DNA of 64,000 nucleotides from Candidatus Omnitrophota bacterium (lineage in GTDB: Bacteria; Omnitrophota; Gorgyraeia; B26-G9), in the NCBI GenBank assembly GCA_043826565.1, contig JBDRPX010000033.1, positions 21,268-85,267 of the forward strand. The letters are read 5' to 3'. The notes beneath the pieces are model-generated. The model saw nothing but the letters and a program-made list of their open reading frames with translations, did no database searches and was not told the DNA's origin. Below are positions 58,067 through 64,000 of this stretch, piece after piece. Position numbers and translations under genes: made by a program. Each line of letters begins with the position of its first letter. The stretch's first letter is position 1.

Positions 58067-59884
58067 TTAATATATTACTGACTTACGTTCGGCAATACCT
58101 TCGGCATCTTTAATCGCCGCCTTAATATCAAATGTCGGCTCCATCTTATCCGCTTTTTTATTAATTATTTTTTCGTACATCAGCCGGAAATTTTTTATCG
58201 TCGTCAGAATTGGATTCGGCGATGTCTGCCCCAGGCCGCAGCGGCTGGTTTTCATAACTGTCTCGGCGAGTTCCTGAAGATAATCCAGATCTCCTTTTTC
58301 ACCTTTTCCGGACATAATCTTCTCCAAACGCTGTTTCAGAAGAACATTTCCCACCCGGCAAGGGGTACAATATCCGCAGCTTTCCTCAATAAAGAATTCC
58401 ATATACTGATGAACTATTTCCAAAAGATCGCGGTCTTTATTAAAAACAACCACGGCGCCGCCGGTCGCACAATCGTTATAACAGATCGCCCGGTCAAAAT
58501 CTTTAGGCCCGATGATCTGTCCGGAAGGCCCCCCGATCAGAACTGCTTGTACTTTTGCCGCTTTGACTTCTTTAAGTAAATCTTTAATCGTAATTCCAAA
58601 AGGTACTTCATAAACACCGGGAGCGTCACAATCTCCGGAAACACTTAATAATTTTGTCCCGGCGCTGTCTTTAGAACCAAGTCCGGAAAACCAGCCGGCA
58701 CCATTTTCCATGATCCGGGCAACACAGCAAAACGTTTCCACATTATTTACGCTGGTCGGAAGCCCCAAATAACCTTTTTGTGCCGGGAACGGCGGACGAT
58801 TTTTCGGATCTCCACGCATTCCTTCGCAAGAACTTATAAGTGCTGTTTCCTCACCGCAGATATATGCTCCTGCTCCCATCTGAATGCGTATATCAAAATT
58901 TAATTTTTCTTTTCCTAAAATATTTTTTCCTAAAAGACCTTTATCCCGGCGATCTTTAAGCTTCTTTTCCAGAAAAGCACGCAAATACGCGTATTCGCCT
59001 CTTAAATAAATTATCCCGGTATCAGCACCAATAGCATATCCGGCAATTGTCATCCCTTCAAATAGTAAATCACAACGCTCGGTCAGGATCACCCGGTCTT
59101 TAAATGTCCCCGGTTCTCCCTCATCAGCATTACAAATAATACATTTATTTTCACCTTCCGCATTACGGGTAAACTCCCACTTAAGCCCGGTAGGAAAGCC
59201 CGCACCGCCGCGGCCTCTTAACCCGGTAGTTTTAACTTCCTTAATAACTTCTTCCGGAGTCATGGATAATGCTTTTCCCAGGCCAGCATCCGGGGTGTTT
59301 TCCGCAAAAATAACCGCGCCTTTTGTATATAGAGAATTGGTGACCATAGACTGAATAAGTTTATCCGAATTATTCCCATCGCCAAGTTTACGTTTGATTT
59401 TCTTAGGATCCTGGTGCTCTTTTAATTCACTGATAAGTTTTTTAACTTTGCCGCCGGTTAGATTGGTAATGATTTCATCATTAACCATTGCCGACGGAGC
59501 CTGGTCACACATACCGATACAAGGAGTATATTCTAAAGTAAATTTTCCATCCGCGGTCGTTTGCCCGAACTCTATTCCTAACTCTTTTTTAAATGCCTTA
59601 GCAACCGCATCAACACCCTTCATCCGGTCAACGACATCATTACACAAACGAATAACAACTTTACCTTTAGGTTTTTTGGAAAGAAAAGCGTAAAAAGAAA
59701 CAACTCCTTCTACTTCCACACGATGAGCTTTCACACACTTAGCAATTAAATCCATTGCCGGGCTGCTTACACACCCCTGGCTCTTTTGCAGTTCCCTAAC
59801 AATATCCATCATTCTTGTACGGTCATTACCGTATAATTCACAAATCTTTTTTACTTTATCTTCTAAATTTTTACTCATGCTCAT
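58067..59884 (-). CDS. hoxF: NAD(P)-binding diaphorase subunit HoxF (NuoF-like, with a fused NuoE-like N-terminal domain)
   Basis: GRGGAGFPTGLKW FMN/NADH motif and a C-terminal 4Fe-4S CxxCxxC. The N-terminal thioredoxin-like domain has only 3 of the 4 usual Cys. Confidence 0.85.
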   Translation of the reverse strand: MSMSKNLEDKVKKICELYGNDRTRMMDIVRELQKSQGCVSSPAMDLIAKCVKAHRVEVEGVVSFYAFLSKKPKGKVVIRLCNDVVDRMKGVDAVAKAFKKELGIEFGQTTADGKFTLEYTPCIGMCDQAPSAMVNDEIITNLTGGKVKKLISELKEHQDPKKIKRKLGDGNNSDKLIQSMVTNSLYTKGAVIFAENTPDAGLGKALSMTPEEVIKEVKTTGLRGRGGAGFPTGLKWEFTRNAEGENKCIICNADEGEPGTFKDRVILTERCDLLFEGMTIAGYAIGADTGIIYLRGEYAYLRAFLEKKLKDRRDKGLLGKNILGKEKLNFDIRIQMGAGAYICGEETALISSCEGMRGDPKNRPPFPAQKGYLGLPTSVNNVETFCCVARIMENGAGWFSGLGSKDSAGTKLLSVSGDCDAPGVYEVPFGITIKDLLKEVKAAKVQAVLIGGPSGQIIGPKDFDRAICYNDCATGGAVVVFNKDRDLLEIVHQYMEFFIEESCGYCTPCRVGNVLLKQRLEKIMSGKGEKGDLDYLQELAETVMKTSRCGLGQTSPNPILTTIKNFRLMYEKIINKKADKMEPTFDIKAAIKDAEGIAERKSVIY

Positions 59885-60084
59885 ACCTTCTTTTTTTAAT
59901 TTGTTTTACAGTGGTAACTGCAAACCCCGGATTAGTAATTCGTGCATTCAATCGTGAAATCTTTAACAATTCAACGCCCAACTTCAAGTTTATCATCAAT
60001 TAATAACTTTGCAAGCTTTTTTTTTGAAATTTTTTTAATGGTGATAAACTATTTTATTTTATAAGGATTTTGCGGAAAAATTCG

Positions 60085-60765
60085 TTATTCTTCGAAAAAT
60101 TTAGCCTTATTCCCGATAGATTTAATCCTCTGATCCTTTAGCCAGGACAGCCACTCGTCCATTCCTTCCCCCGATACAGCAGAAAATTTAATTACCGGAA
60201 CTGTAGCATTAAGTTTTCGGATATCTTCCATGGCCCGGTCCAAATCAAAAGAAAGAACTCCCAGTAAATCTATTTTTGTCAATAACACAAGATCTGCCGC
60301 GCGAAAAATCGTCGGATACTTAGCAACCTTATCATCCCCCTCCGGGATACTATAAAGAATAATTTTCACATTTTCTCCCAGATCAAACTCGCCGGGACAC
60401 ACCATATTGCCGACATTTTCAATGAACAGATAATCCGCTTTATCCAAAGGTAACCCCGGCAAAGATTCGGCGATCTGGTTCGCGTAAAGATGACAGCTCA
60501 TTCCGGTATTAATCTGCGTTACCTCTTCGGCATACGGAGCAAGCCTATCGGCATCGCGGGTAGTTTGAAGGTCTCCCACCAAAACAAGCGATTTTTGTTC
60601 CGGTAATAATGCCGGAATTGTTTTTTCCAGTAATGTTGTTTTTCCGCTGCCCGGAGAACTGATAATATTAATCCCCAATAATTGAGCTTCCTTAAAAACC
60701 TGGCGGTTTTTTCCCGCGATAATATCATTGGCATTAAGTACACTTTTTACTACATTAACCTTCAT
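60085..60765 (-). CDS. hypB: Hydrogenase nickel-incorporation GTPase HypB
   Basis: GSPGSGKTTLLEKT P-loop. It is overlap-coupled to hypA. Confidence 0.9.
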   Translation of the reverse strand: MKVNVVKSVLNANDIIAGKNRQVFKEAQLLGINIISSPGSGKTTLLEKTIPALLPEQKSLVLVGDLQTTRDADRLAPYAEEVTQINTGMSCHLYANQIAESLPGLPLDKADYLFIENVGNMVCPGEFDLGENVKIILYSIPEGDDKVAKYPTIFRAADLVLLTKIDLLGVLSFDLDRAMEDIRKLNATVPVIKFSAVSGEGMDEWLSWLKDQRIKSIGNKAKFFEE

Positions 60766-61142
60766 TGGTCCTTTTTCCTTTCTATATCATCCTGCGTTTG
60801 TCCGGAAATTGTTTTTAGAATAATCCCATCCCCCTGAAGAATTTCTATCTCAGCCATCCGGCATTCCGGACATAAAAAATCATCTATTTTAGGCTCAAAA
60901 GAATTATCACAGATCTTGCAGCGTACCAGCGCGGGTATCTCGATGATCTTTAGCTGCGCTTTTTCGGCAATAGTTTCTTTCTTTACGGCTTCAAACGCCG
61001 TCTGCATAATTTCCGGGACTATCTGTTTAAGTACTCCGGTTTCAATTTCTACTGAATCAACGCTGACCATGTTATTTTCCCGCGCAACTTCTAATATTTG
61101 ATCCATTAATTCTGAAGCTATGGACATTTCATGCATATTCAA
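60762..61142 (-). CDS. hypA: Hydrogenase nickel-insertion protein HypA
   Basis: MHEMSIASELMDQI... with a CxxC...CxxC zinc site. Confidence 0.85.
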   Translation of the reverse strand: MNMHEMSIASELMDQILEVARENNMVSVDSVEIETGVLKQIVPEIMQTAFEAVKKETIAEKAQLKIIEIPALVRCKICDNSFEPKIDDFLCPECRMAEIEILQGDGIILKTISGQTQDDIERKKDQ

Positions 61143-61335
61143 TTATTCCTGTTTTGTAATTCAAAAGTCAGAAATCAAAGCTCAAAAATTCAACTTAAAA
61201 TTCAAAATTACTAATAATATAATTACCCCACTAACTCTAAAAATATTTTTAACTTTTTACTTTTGAATTGCCCGCCTAGCTGAGCTGGCGAGGCTGGCAC
61301 TTTTGACTTTTGCCTTTTAAGTTTTGACTTTTCTT

Positions 61336-61950
61336 TTAAAGCTGCATTTCACAGAAAAGCGAAAGAAATTCTATAGTCAAATCAATATTTTTCACGTAAA
61401 CATCACTGGGGACACTTATGGACACCGGAGAAAAATTCACAATACCGCGAATCCCGGAAGCAACAATAATATCCGCTACCGGCTGGGCATTGTGTTCGGG
61501 AACAGCGATAATCCCAATTTCCGTATGCGTCTTAGGAATTATTTTCGGAGCATCATTAACACTGAATATATCTACATCATTAATTTTTTTGCCGATTTTT
61601 CTGCGGTCTTTTTCAAAAGCAGCAACAATCTGAACTTTATCCTGCTTAAATCCGGAATATTTTAAAATTGCCACCCCGAGATTACCAACGCCAAATAGCG
61701 CGATATGCACGATATTCTGCAAAACAAAATCTTCCAGGATCTTTTTTAATTCAATTGTCTTATATCCGACTCTCGGCTTGCCGACTTTTCCGAAATTTGA
61801 GATATCCTGGCGTATCTGTACATCAGTAAGACCGGTAATTTTCGCCAATTGTTTAGAAGAAACATAATTCTCCCCGGAATTTATCAGTTTCTCTAAAGTT
61901 CTTATATAGAGAAATGACCGGGAAATTGTTTTTTGCGGAAATTTTTTCAT
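61336..61950 (-). CDS. rex: Redox-sensing transcriptional repressor Rex
   Basis: N-terminal wHTH (ISRSFLYIRTLEKLI) plus a Rossmann GxGxxG (LFGVGNLG). Confidence 0.8.
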   Translation of the reverse strand: MKKFPQKTISRSFLYIRTLEKLINSGENYVSSKQLAKITGLTDVQIRQDISNFGKVGKPRVGYKTIELKKILEDFVLQNIVHIALFGVGNLGVAILKYSGFKQDKVQIVAAFEKDRRKIGKKINDVDIFSVNDAPKIIPKTHTEIGIIAVPEHNAQPVADIIVASGIRGIVNFSPVSISVPSDVYVKNIDLTIEFLSLFCEMQL

Positions 61951-61964
61951 TGCTTACCCATCGG

Positions 61965-62930
61965 TTATAAGTTTTCGCCTTCCTTAAGATAATTAGTGAT
62001 ATAATCTTTTACCGATTCTTCCAAAGTCCGAAAGTTAACCGGAGCTCCGGCAGTTTTGGCCTTATCCATTACGCCTTGAGTAAAATACTGATATTTAGGA
62101 CGTAAATACTCCGGCATGTCTATATATTCAATTTTCGGTTTTTTATCCAAGGCCTTAAACATCGCTGCGCTGAGGTCATTCCAGGATTGTGCTTTGCCAG
62201 TGCCCAGATTAAATATCCCGGCCTTATCCGGATTAGTGAAGAAATAATACATCACTTCTACCGCGTCTTTAACATAAATAAAATCTCTTTTTTGTTCGCC
62301 ATGCTTGTAATCATCATTATACGACTTAAATAAACGAATACAGCCTTGCTCGGCAACCTCATGGAATTTTTTACAAACAATACTCATCATTTCACCCTTA
62401 TGATATTCATTTGGGCCGAATACATTAAAAAACTTAAGCCCGGTTGCTTTATTTTCATATCCATTATTAAGCAGCCATAAGTCAAATAACTGCTTGGAAT
62501 ATCCATACATATTTAAAGGAATAAGCCTTTGCGTATTTTCATTAGCATCATCATAGCCAAATTCTCCGTCACCATATGTAGCCGCCGAGGAAGCATATAA
62601 AAATGGAATCTTTTTACTAAATGCCCAAAGTGCTAAAATCTTAGAATACTCGTAATTATTCCTGATATAATAATCCGCGTCATTTAGGGTAGTCGAACTG
62701 CAAGCTCCCATATGAATAATTTGATCTATCCGGGGGAGTTTATCTTCCTGGACTAATTTCAGGAAATCATCTTTCTGGATATAATCACGAAAACGTTTTC
62801 CCATAAGATTTTTCCATTTATCCGTAGTATCCAAATGGTCTACCACCAGGATATCATCTATCCCCTGCTGATTCAGCTTCCACAAGAAACAACTTCCGAT
62901 AAATCCCGCTCCGCCGGTTACAACAATCAT
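61965..62930 (-). CDS. hldD: ADP-L-glycero-D-manno-heptose 6-epimerase
   Basis: MIVVTGGAGFIGS...GACSSTT...YASSAATYG closely matches HldD/RfaD. Confidence 0.85.
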   Translation of the reverse strand: MIVVTGGAGFIGSCFLWKLNQQGIDDILVVDHLDTTDKWKNLMGKRFRDYIQKDDFLKLVQEDKLPRIDQIIHMGACSSTTLNDADYYIRNNYEYSKILALWAFSKKIPFLYASSAATYGDGEFGYDDANENTQRLIPLNMYGYSKQLFDLWLLNNGYENKATGLKFFNVFGPNEYHKGEMMSIVCKKFHEVAEQGCIRLFKSYNDDYKHGEQKRDFIYVKDAVEVMYYFFTNPDKAGIFNLGTGKAQSWNDLSAAMFKALDKKPKIEYIDMPEYLRPKYQYFTQGVMDKAKTAGAPVNFRTLEESVKDYITNYLKEGENL

Positions 62931-63069
62931 ATCCTCTCCTTAAATAGCGAATTTAATCTCGCCAATCTCTGTGGCGGACAAATACATACACTTTTTAACT
63001 TTTAACTTTTAACCTTTGACTTTTAACTTAAATCAGTATATCACAACCTCACCGGAATAAGAAATACTT

Positions 63070-63486
63070 CTACTTAATCCCTTTACCTGTTCCGGACATA
63101 CTCAGCGTCGCATGTTTTACCCCTTTAACCGACATTAGAATATTAGCTAATTCCTGAGCTTTCTCGGCATTACCTCTTATCGCCAGGATCTCCAAACAAT
63201 TATGGTGATCGAGATGCAGATGTTGGGTGGAAATGATTAAATTTAAAAAACCGTGCTGGAGGTCGGTAAGCCGATTAACCAGATCTCTTTTATGGTGGTC
63301 GTATACTAAGGTGATCGCCCCGGCAATATCACCTTGGGTCTTCCATTCCTGCTGGATAAGCTCCTGCCGGATAAGGTCACGAATAGCTTCCGAACGGTTG
63401 GTATATCGCCGGTCTTTGATCAACCGGTCAAATTTTTTCAATAAATCTTCTTCTAGAGACACCCCGAATCTAACTAGTTTTTTCAT
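63070..63486 (-). CDS. nikR: Nickel-responsive regulator NikR
   Basis: N-terminal RHH (RFGVSLEEDLLKKFD...RSEAIRDLIR) and C-terminal HLHLDHHNCLE nickel site. Confidence 0.8.
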   Translation of the reverse strand: MKKLVRFGVSLEEDLLKKFDRLIKDRRYTNRSEAIRDLIRQELIQQEWKTQGDIAGAITLVYDHHKRDLVNRLTDLQHGFLNLIISTQHLHLDHHNCLEILAIRGNAEKAQELANILMSVKGVKHATLSMSGTGKGIK

Positions 63487-63555
63487 AGTACTCTCTTGCC
63501 TTTGAGCTAAAAAAAAACCCGGCTCTTTTAGAAGCCGGGTTTTTTATTTTTTGGG

Positions 63556-63756
63556 TTATAACTTCACTACATTTTTGGCTTGTTCGCCTTTAGGACCCTG
63601 TTCGATCTCGAACTCAACATCCTGGCCTTCATCCAACGTCTTGAATCCGTCGCCCTGAATTGTGCTGTGATGCACAAATACATCGCTGCCAGACTCAGCA
63701 GTTATAAAACCATACCCTTTTTTGTTACTGAACCACTTTACTTTCCCTTTCGGCAT
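63556..63756 (-). CDS. cspA: Cold-shock protein (CspA family)
   Basis: [18 protein letters not shown]1 motif; 66 aa. Confidence 0.85.
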   Translation of the reverse strand: MPKGKVKWFSNKKGYGFITAESGSDVFVHHSTIQGDGFKTLDEGQDVEFEIEQGPKGEQAKNVVKL

Positions 63757-63872
63757 ACTTTACCTCTCTGTTTCTAGGGTTAACTCAACAAAAACCGACT
63801 AAATTCAGTATACATATTTTTAAAAATTTGTCAATAAAATTAGCATTCGGACAAAAATTTAATTTTAAGGCT

Positions 63873-64000
63873 CTAGGCTTCAATCCCCCAGATCTCCTTA
63901 GCATATTCTTTGATCGTACGATCACTGGAGAACTTTCCGGACTTGGCCACATTGATAATTGAACGCTTTGTCCACTCCTCTTTGTCGGCATAAACCGAAG
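63873..64000 (-). CDS. glgP: Alpha-glucan (glycogen) phosphorylase, C-terminal end; partial CDS entering from beyond the window
   Basis: The minus-strand frame translates to ...[41 protein letters not shown], the conserved phosphorylase C-terminus. The ORF-track frame (63785..63991) is spurious. Confidence 0.55.
   Translation of the reverse strand, partial: SVYADKEEWTKRSIINVAKSGKFSSDRTIKEYAKEIWGIEA

Noticed and set aside
59885-60084. A Rex operator upstream of hoxF
   Set aside because: I saw only imperfect palindromes (for example TTACAGTGG/TAACTGCAA). Nothing matches TTGTGAA-N4-TTCACAA well enough to call.
63785-63991. 68-aa minus-strand ORF at the window end
   Set aside because: A different minus frame over the same DNA gives a clean glycogen-phosphorylase C-terminus (…[13 protein letters not shown]…). 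The ORF-track frame is spurious.

Overview
This 64-kb window is a low-GC bacterial chromosomal segment in which nearly all genes are on the minus strand. Its most notable element is a complete type I-C CRISPR-Cas locus at about 8.6-17.8 kb. The locus has a 9-repeat, 8-spacer array with 32-bp repeats (GTTTCAATCCACGCTCCCGCATGGGGAGCGAC on the + strand). The array and the cas genes are both read on the minus strand, in the order cas3-cas5-cas8c-cas7-[extra gene]-cas4-cas1-cas2-leader-array. The extra 280-aa gene lies between cas7 and cas4 and its stop codon overlaps the cas4 start (TAATG), indicating translational coupling. It encodes a Bro-N-domain protein of the DinD (DNA-damage-inducible protein D) type. 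Canonical I-C operons have no such gene, so this is the strongest candidate in the window for an undescribed accessory component.

The remaining genes, from start to end, are:
- A partial TolC-like outer-membrane protein, a CsoR-family repressor, an ATP-grasp ligase paired with a zincin peptidase, a radical-SAM protein and a LysM amidase.
- feoAB with a DtxR-family regulator.
- ispH, then lipA-lipM and the glycine cleavage genes gcvT, gcvH, gcvPA and gcvPB.
- Assorted housekeeping genes (pfkA, xth, a purF-like gene, a LOG-family gene, gpmA).
- A carboxyspermidine pathway (CANSDH and nspC) plus a SpeH-like decarboxylase.
- A candidate inverse-autotransporter-like beta-helix protein.
- A large rex-hypAB-hoxFUYH-hoxW-hypF ... 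hypCDE cluster for an NAD-linked bidirectional [NiFe] hydrogenase, followed by hldD, nikR, cspA and a partial glgP.

At the non-coding level there are three recurring features. A family of GC-rich hairpin elements ends in CCCCTACAGG and occurs at least 6 times. A perfect (AGTTACC)x13 heptanucleotide microsatellite sits between hypC and hypD. Many intergenic regions carry short, degenerate 6-8-nt tandem repeats. I found no rRNA, tRNA or obvious transposase.
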